In this document: piece by piece, positions 31,166-41,095 of the stretch
Layout: each line of letters opens with the position of its first letter
Position numbering within the stretch: position 1 is the first letter of the stretch
Source of the DNA: a bacterium
GTDB taxonomy: Bacteria; UBA8248
Assembly: GCA_965200245.1 (NCBI GenBank)
Contig: CBDATS010000004.1
Location: 1,088,001-1,152,000 of the forward strand
Reading direction: 5' to 3'
DNA: 64,000 nucleotides
Made by a program: the position numbers and the translations under genes
The notes under the pieces: generated by a model
What the model was told of the DNA's origin: nothing
The model's input: only the letters and a program-made list of their open reading frames with translations
Database searches by the model: none

Positions 31166-32164
31166 ATGCAAATGAAGGCAGCGGTTTATCACGGACCGCG
31201 GGACATTCGCATGGAACAGGTGGAGCGGCCGGCCATCAGCCAAAACGACGTATTGGTGCGGGTGCGGGCGTGCGGCATCTGTGGTTCCGATCTGCACATG
31301 TACCGCCTCGGCATGTTCGAGGTGCTGGGGCGCCCGATTGACGACAGGCGCCGCATTCCGGGTCACGAGATGAGCGGTGAGGTTGTCGAGGTGGGAGAGA
31401 AAGTCGCCGGCTTTCGGGTCGGTGATCGCATCACCGGGTTGGGATACGGCGGCTTCGCGGAATACGCGCCGGTCCGTGTTACCGGAAGCAGCCCGCACAT
31501 CCTGCCGGAGTCCATCAGCTTCGAGGATGGTGCGACACTCGAGCCACTGGCCACATCCCTGCACGGCGTATCATTGGGAAAGCCAACTGCCGGCGAGACG
31601 GTGGTCGTACTGGGTGCAGGCATTATCGGCCTCGGCTGCATCCAGGCCATTGAGGCGACCGTCGACTGCCACATCATTGCCGTGGACTCTTCCGAACGTC
31701 GTTTGCACATGGCCAGGCGTCTCGGCGCTGACGATATCGTCAACCTGACCGAAACCGACCCTGTGGAAGCCGTGATTGAACTTACCGGCGGCGCCAGGCC
31801 TGTGCAGCGTTTCGGCGTTCGTGGCGGAAACGCCGACCTGGTGATCGACTGCGCCGGCGCAGCTTCTTCTCCAGATCAGGGCCTGCGCATGCTGAAGCAG
31901 CAATACGGCCGTTTGGTGTTCATCGCCCTGTTCGAGCACGCCGCGGATATCGATTTCAACCAGGTGGTGCGCAAACACGTCGTCATCCATGGATCCTGGA
32001 TATGGACGGGGGACGACTACCGCCGTGCGATTGAACTTGTGGAAAGCGGCAGGGTCCAGCGCCAGCCCCTGATTTCTCATGTCCTCAATCTGGATGATGC
32101 CCAAGAGGGTTTCGCCATACAGGATCAGCCGGATGCCGCCATCAAGGTGGTGCTGAAACCCTGA
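31166..32164 (+). CDS. Zinc-dependent medium-chain dehydrogenase
   Basis: CGICGSDLH, GHEMSG, EPLA, GAGIIG, IKVVL. Confidence 0.93.
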   Translation: MQMKAAVYHGPRDIRMEQVERPAISQNDVLVRVRACGICGSDLHMYRLGMFEVLGRPIDDRRRIPGHEMSGEVVEVGEKVAGFRVGDRITGLGYGGFAEYAPVRVTGSSPHILPESISFEDGATLEPLATSLHGVSLGKPTAGETVVVLGAGIIGLGCIQAIEATVDCHIIAVDSSERRLHMARRLGADDIVNLTETDPVEAVIELTGGARPVQRFGVRGGNADLVIDCAGAASSPDQGLRMLKQQYGRLVFIALFEHAADIDFNQVVRKHVVIHGSWIWTGDDYRRAIELVESGRVQRQPLISHVLNLDDAQEGFAIQDQPDAAIKVVLKP

Positions 32165-32188
32165 AGTTGAAGGCCCGTTTTTCCGGTT

Positions 32189-32809
32189 CTACTCTTTTCC
32201 GATGCCAAGCAACTCTTCTATCAGTTCATTGCGCTTTGACATCAACATCACGGTGATGAGAACGCCAACGACCATCAGTGAAATATCTCCTTTCCCCACG
32301 AAAATGACGACGGCGGGCAGCAGCAGGATGGAGATGAGTTCCGCATGATCACGCCTGCCGGTTACGGCGGAGATGAGGAGCGCGACGGTCGCGCAGATCA
32401 CGAGGGACATCGGCGATACGGCCAGCAGCGCACCTGAAGTGCTTGCCGTTCCGCGTCCACCGCGAAATCCGTGAAAAACCGGCAATACTTCGCCAAGCAC
32501 CACGGTGACACAGGCCAGCGCGGCGATCCAGGGGGAGTCGCTCATGTACCAGGCCAGGCTGAGCACCAGTTGCGCCTTCAGGAGATCGGCGATGAAGACA
32601 AGCGTTCCCACGCGATCTCCCAGCACCGTCCAGACGTTCGCGAAATCGAGCGCGCCGCTTCCGTGAATGCGCAGATCGATCCCACGGGCCTTTCCGGCGA
32701 ACCATGCGGGAGAAACAGAACCGAAAGAGTAGGAGATGCATCCAACGATGATGGCGGGAGCGAGAATTTCCAAGAAGACCTCCAAACCAATAAATGCCCC
32801 GCCCCGCAT
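32189..32809 (-). CDS. plsY: PlsY-like glycerol-3-phosphate acyltransferase paralog (divergent)
   Basis: SYSFGSV, GIDLRIHGSG, DLLKA, PVFHGFRGGRG; 7-TM pattern, several motif residues altered. Confidence 0.75.
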   Translation of the reverse strand: MRGGAFIGLEVFLEILAPAIIVGCISYSFGSVSPAWFAGKARGIDLRIHGSGALDFANVWTVLGDRVGTLVFIADLLKAQLVLSLAWYMSDSPWIAALACVTVVLGEVLPVFHGFRGGRGTASTSGALLAVSPMSLVICATVALLISAVTGRRDHAELISILLLPAVVIFVGKGDISLMVVGVLITVMLMSKRNELIEELLGIGKE

Positions 32810-32965
32810 CTTGCAGCATTCTCAAGCGCATGAAAAGGAGCGCGCGCATACGCAGCACCGGGACACGGACGACGCCCGGTTATCGAGGTCTATAAGGGAT
32901 GGGGTGCACGTTTTTCTCTCCGTGCCGCGCATGACCGGGGAAACTGCAGCGCAGGATGGGTTTCG

Positions 32966-33868
32966 TTATTTGTTGAGAACATCTTTCTCGCGTTTCTGGA
33001 GAAAGACGCTGCGAATCAGGGTGTAGTAGTCCAGGGTCAGGGGGTCTTTCTTGAGGATTTCGAGGGGTTCGATGAGGCGTTCGCGGGTGTCGATGCCCTC
33101 GAGAAGCCTCATCCCGTACAGAAGGTCCGCCATGGAGAGGGAGTCCCCGATAATGGCTTTTTTCTCGTCATTCCCGATGGTGCCGGCGTAGTTGAGCGGG
33201 TTGAGGAACACATCGCCTACCTTGGCCAGGCCGTCTCGCACGGTCGAGGGTCCCAGTATGGGAAGCACGAGGTATGCTCCCGCCTCCACGCCCCACACGC
33301 CCAGGGTCTGGCCGAAATCCTCCTCGTGATAGGGTACGCCCATCTCTTTCGCCACGTCGAGCAATCCCCCTATCCCCAGGGTCGTGTTGATCAAAAACCG
33401 GTTCAGGGTTATTCCGGCGCGTTCCCCCTCTCCCTGAAGGATGTCGTTCGCCAGCACGAAGGGAGCGTTCAGGTTACGCATGAAGTTGCGGAACGAGTCG
33501 CGGATGGGCTTGGGAAATATGGCCCTGTACAGCCGGGCGAGCGGAAGGAAAACAATGGCGTCAAACGCCTCGTTGAAACCGAAAACCGCGCGGTTGAACT
33601 CCTCGAACGGATCTACGGATTCGACCGTCTGTTCTTCCGCATCACCCTCGTGTCCGGCCCCCCATGCAGGGGAAGCGGGGGCACAGAACAGCACAAGGCT
33701 CAAAACCAGTGCGATCAGCCCACACGGCCATGCATGCTTTTTCCGGTTTCCTGGCGGGCGAAACAATGGAATTCTCTCCGTTTCCACATCAAGTCGCAAC
33801 GCACGAACATAGCGCAAACAAAATTCTGGAAGCAACCGCGCATATGGCATCATAGATTGACGATTCAA
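32966..33868 (-). CDS. mlaA: MlaA/VacJ family protein (start uncertain)
   Basis: DPFEEFNRAVFGFN, RFLINTTLGIGGL, EDFGQTLGVWG, YLVLPILGPSTVRD. Confidence 0.93.
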   Translation of the reverse strand: MNRQSMMPYARLLPEFCLRYVRALRLDVETERIPLFRPPGNRKKHAWPCGLIALVLSLVLFCAPASPAWGAGHEGDAEEQTVESVDPFEEFNRAVFGFNEAFDAIVFLPLARLYRAIFPKPIRDSFRNFMRNLNAPFVLANDILQGEGERAGITLNRFLINTTLGIGGLLDVAKEMGVPYHEEDFGQTLGVWGVEAGAYLVLPILGPSTVRDGLAKVGDVFLNPLNYAGTIGNDEKKAIIGDSLSMADLLYGMRLLEGIDTRERLIEPLEILKKDPLTLDYYTLIRSVFLQKREKDVLNK

Positions 33869-33901
33869 GGGAAACCAGAAATTTTTCGGCGATTACGCTC
33901 T

Positions 33902-34891
33902 CTAGGCCAGAGAGCCCCCGCACGACGAACCGGCCCCGGCCGTGCAGCCGAAGCAGTGATCGTCCAGCAGGATTTCGCGGCCCAGCAGTTCGGCGGGCGC
34001 CACGTCCCAAAGCCTGAGCGGCCTGCCGTTGCCCAGGGACATATTGAGCATCTGGTTGAAATCGCAATCATACAAGACGCCGTCCCACCCCACGCTGATG
34101 AGGTTTCGACACATCAGGCCGGGCAGCGTCTCGGAGTTGTAGGCTTCGCGCAACGTATCCATGTAGGAATCCAGCTTGCCGTTCGCCTTCAGATAACCGG
34201 CAAACCGGGCAATGGGCATGTTGGTGATGGTGTAGAGTTGATGAAAGCGGATGCCGTAGCGCCTGAGGAGTTCGCGTTTGTAGTCCGCCTCAAGCGCCTC
34301 CTGCGGCGGAGGGAGGTTGTCGTCCACGGGATTGTAGACGAGGTTCAGGGCCAGATCTCCCGGCGGGCCGAACCCCGCTTCGTTCATATCCTGCAGCGCG
34401 CGGATGGATTTTTCAAAAACGCCGTCCCCGCGCTGGGTGTTCACGTTCTCTTCCAGATAACACGGCAGCGAGCAGATGAGTTCCACGCGGTTCTCGCGGT
34501 AGAAATCTATCAAGTCTCCCTGACCCGGCTCATACACGACCGTGAGATTGCAGCGAACCATGACGTGGCGGCCCTTGCGGCGGGCGCTGGCTACAAGCCG
34601 CCTGAACTGGGCGTTGAGTTCGGGGGCACCTCCCGTGATGTCGACGTTGGGTATCGACGTCTCCTCAAGCCATTCGATGATGCGGCTCGCCGTCTCCTCG
34701 GTCATGATCTCCTTGCGGTGCGGGCCCGCGCCCACGTGACAGTGCGCGCAAGTCTGGTCGCAATACTTTCCTACGTTGACCTGCAGTGTGGAAAGTTCGG
34801 TGCGTTCCAGGCGGGGCGCGTCCTCCCGTATGCGGTCCATGAATCTGACGGCCCCGTTCGAGGATAGAGGCAAGGAAATGCTTGCGGGCAT
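33902..34891 (-). CDS. arsS: Radical SAM/Cys-rich domain protein, ArsS family
   Basis: LQVNVGKYCDQTCAHCHV (CxxxCxxC), DITGGAPE, YDCDFNQML, HCFGCTAGAGSSCGGSL. Confidence 0.9.
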   Translation of the reverse strand: MPASISLPLSSNGAVRFMDRIREDAPRLERTELSTLQVNVGKYCDQTCAHCHVGAGPHRKEIMTEETASRIIEWLEETSIPNVDITGGAPELNAQFRRLVASARRKGRHVMVRCNLTVVYEPGQGDLIDFYRENRVELICSLPCYLEENVNTQRGDGVFEKSIRALQDMNEAGFGPPGDLALNLVYNPVDDNLPPPQEALEADYKRELLRRYGIRFHQLYTITNMPIARFAGYLKANGKLDSYMDTLREAYNSETLPGLMCRNLISVGWDGVLYDCDFNQMLNMSLGNGRPLRLWDVAPAELLGREILLDDHCFGCTAGAGSSCGGSLA

Positions 34892-34943
34892 CGTTTCTCC
34901 CGAGGAAATGACTTCGTTCAGTGACGCATTCGGAACAGGTGGC

Positions 34944-35339
34944 TTAAGCGGTCCGTACCAGTTTCCTGCGAAGCGATTTGATGCGTCGTCTCACGCGCTT
35001 GATTTGAACACCGTCTTTCGCCTCGATGTGTTGATCCCGCATGCCCTTGAGAGCCTTGATTTGCTGTTTGACGGCGCTTCTGTCGAGCTTGGAGGTGCGC
35101 TTCGCCTCGATCAACGGAATATCGTTTATCTCCTTGAGTGCCCGGATCAACTGTGTCTTGTCCATTCCGTGGACGCCCGAGATTCTTCCGCCGTAAGCCA
35201 GAGCGGCCTCCTTGAGCTTGGGCACGTTCATCTTGTCGATCTCTTTCGCCGTAAGAGCGGGGCCCGCCTGTTCAGGCGCCTGCGTTTCCCCGGAAGCCTC
35301 CGCTTCGTTTCTTCCTTCTTCCGCCATTTCACTCTCCAT
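34944..35339 (-). CDS. Small basic protein with Rho N-terminal-like helical domain
   Basis: IDKMNVPKLKEAAL...ISGVHGMDKTQLIRAL followed by a basic coiled coil. Confidence 0.7.
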   Translation of the reverse strand: MESEMAEEGRNEAEASGETQAPEQAGPALTAKEIDKMNVPKLKEAALAYGGRISGVHGMDKTQLIRALKEINDIPLIEAKRTSKLDRSAVKQQIKALKGMRDQHIEAKDGVQIKRVRRRIKSLRRKLVRTA

Positions 35340-35664
35340 TGAAAATCGTTTTCGCCCTGATGTACATCATCGCGCATTCACGGGCGTTTGCCTCGTCAAT
35401 TCATTCCCACCCAGACGGGATGACGGCCAAACTTAACAAAACGGGGTATGATAAGCAACGGCTCTGTACGGGTGTTCCACCGAAAAGAATTCGCGGCGCA
35501 AGGGCCTGGCAGGCCGGGGCCGGCTCTTTGGCCGGGACAGGAGAGTGGATTGTCCAAATGCGTCGAGATTTTTTTCGACTTGCCCGCCGGAGGTCGCGAT
35601 GATAGAAATTGAATATACGTAATTCTGACAGCGCGGTTTTCACAGAACTAAGAAAGGCGTTGCC

Positions 35665-36678
35665 GTGGCCGAGAAACTACTTGAAGTAAAAGACATGGTG
35701 AAACACTTCCCCGTTCGGGGAGGCGTATTCTCCCGGGTGCGCAACTATGTACGCGCCGTGGACGGCGTGAGCTTCGATCTGGAACCGGGCGAAACGCTCG
35801 GGCTCGTCGGAGAGAGCGGATGCGGGAAGTCCACCACCGGCAGGGCCGTGCTGCGCCTGATCGAGCCGACCTCGGGTGAAGTGAAGTTTCAGGGCACCGA
35901 CGTCTGCGGCCTGAACAGGGAGTCGATGCGCAGGCTGAGGCGCGAGATGCAAATCATCTTCCAGGATCCGTATGCGTCCCTGAACCCGCGCATGACGGTG
36001 GGGAGCATCGTCGGCGAGCCGTTAACCATCCACGGTATCGCGAAAGGAAAGGAGAAAGAGGAGAAAGTCGCCTCACTTCTCCACCGGGTGGGCCTGCGGC
36101 CCGAGCACATACGCCGCTATCCCCATGAATTTTCGGGCGGCCAGCGCCAGCGCATCGGGATCGCCCGCGCACTGGCGCTCAACCCCAAGCTCATCATCGC
36201 GGACGAGCCCGTCAGTGCACTGGACGTGTCGATTCAGGCGCAGGTGATCAATCTGCTCGAAGACCTGCAAAAGGAATACGGAATCGCGTTCGTGCTTATC
36301 GCGCACGATCTGGCCGTCGTCCAGCATGTGAGCGACCGCATCGCCGTCATGTATCTGGGCAAGATCGTGGAGATGTCCTCGGCCGACAGGGTGGTGATGG
36401 AGCCGAAGCACCCCTATACCGAGGCGCTGCTCTCCGCCGTGCCGATTCCGGACCCCACGCTCAAGAAAAAACGAATGATCCTGACCGGCGACGTACCCAG
36501 CCCGGTGAACCCTCCCTCGGGGTGCCGATTCCATACGAGATGCCCGTATAAGGAAGACAGGTGCGTTGCGGAGGAGCCGGCAATGCGGGAAATCAGCACG
36601 GGTCACTTCGCCGCGTGTCACTTCTCGGAAAAACTCTATGGCGGCGCGCCGAAAACGAACGGGGCGCCCGTCGGCTAG
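35665..36678 (+). CDS. Oligopeptide/dipeptide ABC transporter ATPase (OppF/DppF type)
   Basis: [44 protein letters not shown]. Confidence 0.95.
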   Translation: MAEKLLEVKDMVKHFPVRGGVFSRVRNYVRAVDGVSFDLEPGETLGLVGESGCGKSTTGRAVLRLIEPTSGEVKFQGTDVCGLNRESMRRLRREMQIIFQDPYASLNPRMTVGSIVGEPLTIHGIAKGKEKEEKVASLLHRVGLRPEHIRRYPHEFSGGQRQRIGIARALALNPKLIIADEPVSALDVSIQAQVINLLEDLQKEYGIAFVLIAHDLAVVQHVSDRIAVMYLGKIVEMSSADRVVMEPKHPYTEALLSAVPIPDPTLKKKRMILTGDVPSPVNPPSGCRFHTRCPYKEDRCVAEEPAMREISTGHFAACHFSEKLYGGAPKTNGAPVG

Positions 36679-36765
36679 ACGGTTCCACCCGCAGTCCGGC
36701 GTACGCAGGCGAATCGTTTTTCCTCCGTTTGGTTTCTTGCGCCCGCCGAGGACATCGGCCGACGT

Positions 36766-38319
36766 GTGATGGATGAAAAACCCGGAATATCAGTTTCCCC
36801 CCTTCTGCTCTTTGCGCTTGTGACCGCCCTGTTCGCGGCCGGTACGGTATATTTTGTCCATCGGACCGTCCGGGACGCGCTCCTGAACCGACACGAAGAG
36901 CGCGGCGCGAGACACCTGCAGGACATCCAAACCAGAATACGGGCGCGCATCGACTCCCTGCTCGGAAGGATTCAAGGGGCCGAATTACTCATGGCGGCGG
37001 TTCCGGGCGTCGCGGACAAGGAGGGAAAAGCGCTTTCATTTCTCCTGGGCGGGGAATCGAGAGAATCCTTCGCCGCTTCGATACTGCTCGATGAGCGCGG
37101 CAGGATTCGCGATTCACGCAGGGTGGGAAGCATGCCGCCGCCCGGCGATGAGGAAAAGGGTCTCTGGTCGGGGGCGAGACGTTCGCTCCTCTCCCTGCTG
37201 AAACGCGAAGGGGGACCGCGGAGGAGGAAGTTCGACGTTCAATCGAGCACACTCAACGACGCGCCCATTGCACTGTTGCTGGCGCCCTCGTCGTCTACAA
37301 AGGGTTTTTGGGGCGTCATCGTTCCGGCGGAGTCACTGCTGCCATTGAAAGAGACCGAGCTTACCCCCGGCGAGAGTGTTTTTCTGCTGACCGAACCGGA
37401 ACAAAAGGTTCTCTTCGCCAGGCAGGGGGAGAAGTTTCTGGCGGAAAGCATTGCCGGGGCCTACAAGACGGAACTCGCCTCCGCTCTCGACGTCAAGGTC
37501 TGCTGTGACCCCGCTGCGTTCAATACAGGGAATCGGGGCAAGCGCTCGATGTCGCAGTCCACTTTCTATCTCGGGATGAGGCGGTTGCGCCTCGTTCGCC
37601 TGGCGCAGGGTTCGACAAGAACAGGAACGGGATTGACGATGCTGGCCGGTGTGATGGCGACGTTCTGGCTCGTATCGCTGGCCCTGTTTTATCTACTCAA
37701 GACTCCGGGGGAAGGCAGTCCGGCCGTCTGGGTGAACAGAAGCGGGTTGGATGGCGAAATCTTCGGGAAGGGACTCCCCACGGAGAGGGCCGCGGTCATC
37801 ATGCGGATGAGCGAATCGGTGGCGGAGGGTGTGCATTTTCGCAAGGTCATCGTCAACCTCGTGCGGGAAGTCTCGCGCTTTCTGTCGACAGACAGATATT
37901 ACGCCGCCCTGTACGACGATGCGACGGATCGGTTTCTTGAGGTGTGCCATTCACGCCTAGGGGAGGGTTACCGGCGCGCCGTGACTTCGCCCGACTCCGG
38001 TCTGCCGGAAAGGATCGCCATTCGGGAAAAGGAGATCGTCGAGGTTCCCTGCGCCGATGAATGGCACGGTGCTCCGGAAGTGCTCAGGAGCGAGAAGATT
38101 GGAGGAGCCGTGGTCTTCCCGCTGGTCGCCCTGGGGAAAGTGGTGGGGCTGGCTTCTTTCTACTTCGATGTGCCTCGGGAAAGGACTGAAGATGAGGTCG
38201 ACTATTGCGCCATCCTGTTGCAGCAGGCTGCCGTGGCCATATCGCGCGCCCTGGCCGCCTCCGCACAGGACGTTCCTGCCCGAACGCGCCCGGCGCGTTC
38301 GTCCGGAGATGTGGCATAA
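36766..38319 (+). CDS. Membrane protein with periplasmic sensor-like region and C-terminal GAF domain
   Basis: Two TM segments flank ~250 aa; the C-terminus AVVFPLVALGKVVGLASFY...EDEVDYCAILLQQAAVAI is GAF-like. Confidence 0.7.
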   Translation: MMDEKPGISVSPLLLFALVTALFAAGTVYFVHRTVRDALLNRHEERGARHLQDIQTRIRARIDSLLGRIQGAELLMAAVPGVADKEGKALSFLLGGESRESFAASILLDERGRIRDSRRVGSMPPPGDEEKGLWSGARRSLLSLLKREGGPRRRKFDVQSSTLNDAPIALLLAPSSSTKGFWGVIVPAESLLPLKETELTPGESVFLLTEPEQKVLFARQGEKFLAESIAGAYKTELASALDVKVCCDPAAFNTGNRGKRSMSQSTFYLGMRRLRLVRLAQGSTRTGTGLTMLAGVMATFWLVSLALFYLLKTPGEGSPAVWVNRSGLDGEIFGKGLPTERAAVIMRMSESVAEGVHFRKVIVNLVREVSRFLSTDRYYAALYDDATDRFLEVCHSRLGEGYRRAVTSPDSGLPERIAIREKEIVEVPCADEWHGAPEVLRSEKIGGAVVFPLVALGKVVGLASFYFDVPRERTEDEVDYCAILLQQAAVAISRALAASAQDVPARTRPARSSGDVA

Positions 38320-38467
38320 AAACAGATGGAAGCGTTGAAGTTGAAATACCGTTGCGCCGACGTGTGAATTTCACCCTTGTCCATCATCCGGACAGGCGCC
38401 GGAATGATGGGCCGCAGGGACAGGTTGCGACCTGACCACACCTGTCACCCAAATCCCTTTGCGGCAC

Positions 38468-39676
38468 TCAGCCTCCCATCTCATCCACCATGTCGGCGAT
38501 GGCGCGTCCTATCATGAGCGACGCCGTCGCACCGGGCGATGGGGCGTTGCAAACGTGAACCGCGCCTTCGGTACTGATGATGGAGAAATCATCGAGCAGG
38601 CCGCCGTCTCGATCCACCGCCTGCGCGCGTACACCCGCGCCTGCGGGAACGAGATCCGATTCCTGTATCTCGGGCATGAGCCTTTGCAGTGCACGTGTGA
38701 ATGCGGACTTGCTGATGGATCGGACCATCTCGCCGAGCCCCGTCTTCCAGTACTTCATGGCCAGTTTCAGGAAACCGGGATAAACAAGGATCTCGAAGAG
38801 ATCGTAGGGATCGATTCGGGTCTTCGTGTACCCTTCTCTCATATAGGCCAGGACGGCGTTCGGCCCCGCCTCGACACTCCCGTCTACCCGGCGTGTGAAG
38901 TGAACCCCCAGGAAGGGGAAGGCCGGATCCGGTACCGGGTAGATGAGACTCTTGACGAGCGAGCGGCGTTCGGGCGTGAGTTCGTAGTACTCCCCGCGGA
39001 AGGGCACGATCTTCATGGGCGGCGTTCCACCCGCGAGTTTCGCGATTCTGTCGGCGTAAAGCCCCGCACAGTTGACGATGAATTTCCCCGCGAAATCCCC
39101 TGCCGTCGTCTCGACACGCCTCTCTCTGTTCGATGCGGCGATACCGGTGACCTGCGCCCCGGTACGGATGCCTTGTCCCGCCTCAACCACGATGCGGGCA
39201 TAAACACGAACGACGGCACCATAGTCGATGATGCCAGTGGAAGGCACTCGAAGCGCCTTGACGCCCCGGGCGTGGGGTTCGATCTCCTTCAACTCCTCGG
39301 GCCCAAGAACCTGGATGTTCTTGATGGCGTTCGCCGTGCCCCGGCGGTGGAGTTCCTCTAGGCGCGGAATTTCCGCCTCGGTGGTGGCGACCACTACCTT
39401 GCCGCAGATTTCATGCGGGATGCCGTGCTCCCGGGCGAAGCGCACCATTGCCGCCGCACCCTCCACGCAGGTCTTCGCCTTGAGCGAGCCGGGTCGATAG
39501 TAGAGTCCGGCATGAATCACGCCGCTGTTGTGGAGCGATTGGTGGCGGCCGACATCGGCCTCTTTCTCGAGTACGAGGACTCGCTTTCGCGGGTGACGCC
39601 GGGTAATCTCCATGGCGGTGGAAAGGCCGAGCATGCCGCCTCCGATGACGATGACGTCCCAGGTTGTCCGGTTCAT
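38468..39676 (-). CDS. lhgO: L-2-hydroxyglutarate oxidase
   Basis: GGGMLG, HNSGVIHAGLYY.PGSLKA, IYPVPDPAFPFLGVH, GVRAQA, NAPSPGATASL. Confidence 0.95.
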   Translation of the reverse strand: MNRTTWDVIVIGGGMLGLSTAMEITRRHPRKRVLVLEKEADVGRHQSLHNSGVIHAGLYYRPGSLKAKTCVEGAAAMVRFAREHGIPHEICGKVVVATTEAEIPRLEELHRRGTANAIKNIQVLGPEELKEIEPHARGVKALRVPSTGIIDYGAVVRVYARIVVEAGQGIRTGAQVTGIAASNRERRVETTAGDFAGKFIVNCAGLYADRIAKLAGGTPPMKIVPFRGEYYELTPERRSLVKSLIYPVPDPAFPFLGVHFTRRVDGSVEAGPNAVLAYMREGYTKTRIDPYDLFEILVYPGFLKLAMKYWKTGLGEMVRSISKSAFTRALQRLMPEIQESDLVPAGAGVRAQAVDRDGGLLDDFSIISTEGAVHVCNAPSPGATASLMIGRAIADMVDEMGG

Positions 39677-39875
39677 GGCCTAACCCCTGAACCAGGATGA
39701 GATACGGACGGAGAAATGGTTTCCGGCGATGAGCATATCCCAAAGTGCCGGGAACGGCTCCCGGACGCGCAGTTTACGATTGACATCCAATTCCCCTCTC
39801 GTTATCCTCTTTTCAAATGATAATCCTGACCCTGAAATCGTGAAATGCAGGCTGATAGCCAGAGGAGTTCCGAAG

Positions 39876-39913
39876 AAAGCGGCATTCACGAAGCTTTGCG
39901 TGAATGCCGCTTT
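39876..39913. repeat. Perfect 15-bp inverted repeat in a divergent intergenic region
   Basis: AAAGCGGCATTCACG ... CGTGAATGCCGCTTT, followed by ATATTTT. Confidence 0.85.
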
Positions 39914-39984
39914 ATATTTTCAGGAAATTCTCACTGCTCGACAAGTGCAGTTTCCACCTCACCCCCATTCAAGGAGAATGACAC

Positions 39985-40983
39985 ATGAAAAAGATAATGA
40001 AGTTTTTCATTGCGACCGTAGCGGCAGTTTCGATCGCGGGCGTCGCTGTTCCGGCGAGCGCGGCGAAGTTCCTCGTGGTCGGCGGCGGCTCTACCACGGG
40101 CGTGTACTATCAGGTCGCCCTGAACGTCTGCAAGCTGGTGAACAAGAACCTCAAGAGCCAGGGATACCACTGCATCGGCCGTCCCTCGCTGGGTTCGGTG
40201 TTCAACATCAACGCCATTAAACGCGGTCTCCTGAACTTCGGCGTCGCCCAGTCCGACAGGAACTTCCAGGCGTATAACGGCACTGCCAACTGGAAGGGCA
40301 AAGCCTACAAGGGTCTCCGCAGTGTATTCAGCGTTCACCCTGAAACCGTCATGCTCGTCGCGCGCGCTGATTCGGGCATCAAGAAAGTGGCGGACATCAA
40401 GGGACGCCGGATCAACATCGGGAACCCCGGCTCCGGCCAGCGTGGAAACGCGAGGGACATCCTGAAAATCTACGGCATCGATCAGAACAAGGGCATCAAG
40501 GCCGAGGGTCTCCAGCAGAACGAGGCGAACCGCGCGCTGGTGGACAAGAAGATCGATGCGTTCTTCTACACCGTGGGCAATCCCTGGGGCGGCGGTCTCG
40601 AGATCTCGAACAGCACGGCGATCCGCATGATCCCGATAAACTCGGCGGGCATCCAGAAGCTGGTGGCCGGCAAACCCTACTACGTGATGACGAACATCCC
40701 GGGCGGCATCTACAAGGGCGTGAGCAAGAACGTGCCGACCTACGCGGTGAAGGCGACCTTCGTGACCGGCAAAAATCAGCCCAACGACGTGGTCTACAAC
40801 GTCGTGAAGACCATCTTCGATAACCTTGGCGATTTCCAGAAAACGCACGCTGCGTTCAAATACCTGACGAAAAAAGACATGCTCGGGGGTCTTTCGGCTC
40901 CTTTCCATCCAGGTGCTGAGCGTTATTACGTGGAAAAAGGCCTGATGAAGAAGATGAAGATGAAAAAGAAGATGAAGAAGTAA
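39985..40983 (+). CDS. TAXI-family TRAP transporter solute-binding subunit
   Basis: GGGSTTGVYY, GSVFNI, VAQSD, GNPGSGQR, PFHPGAERYY. Confidence 0.93.
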   Translation: MKKIMKFFIATVAAVSIAGVAVPASAAKFLVVGGGSTTGVYYQVALNVCKLVNKNLKSQGYHCIGRPSLGSVFNINAIKRGLLNFGVAQSDRNFQAYNGTANWKGKAYKGLRSVFSVHPETVMLVARADSGIKKVADIKGRRINIGNPGSGQRGNARDILKIYGIDQNKGIKAEGLQQNEANRALVDKKIDAFFYTVGNPWGGGLEISNSTAIRMIPINSAGIQKLVAGKPYYVMTNIPGGIYKGVSKNVPTYAVKATFVTGKNQPNDVVYNVVKTIFDNLGDFQKTHAAFKYLTKKDMLGGLSAPFHPGAERYYVEKGLMKKMKMKKKMKK

Positions 40984-41000
40984 TACGCAAAATCTTCATA

Positions 41001-41040
41001 CCGCACCGATCCGGGGGCCGTGCCCCCCGGATCGGTGCGG
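41001..41040. repeat. Perfect 17-bp inverted repeat after the TAXI binding-protein gene
   Basis: CCGCACCGATCCGGGGG-N6-CCCCCGGATCGGTGCGG; no T tail, so probably a stabilising stem-loop. Confidence 0.85.
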
Positions 41041-41095
41041 TTGGCTGGAACCCCGTTCTTTCACGAAGTGAGGCAGTTGTTTGAGGGGTGAATAA

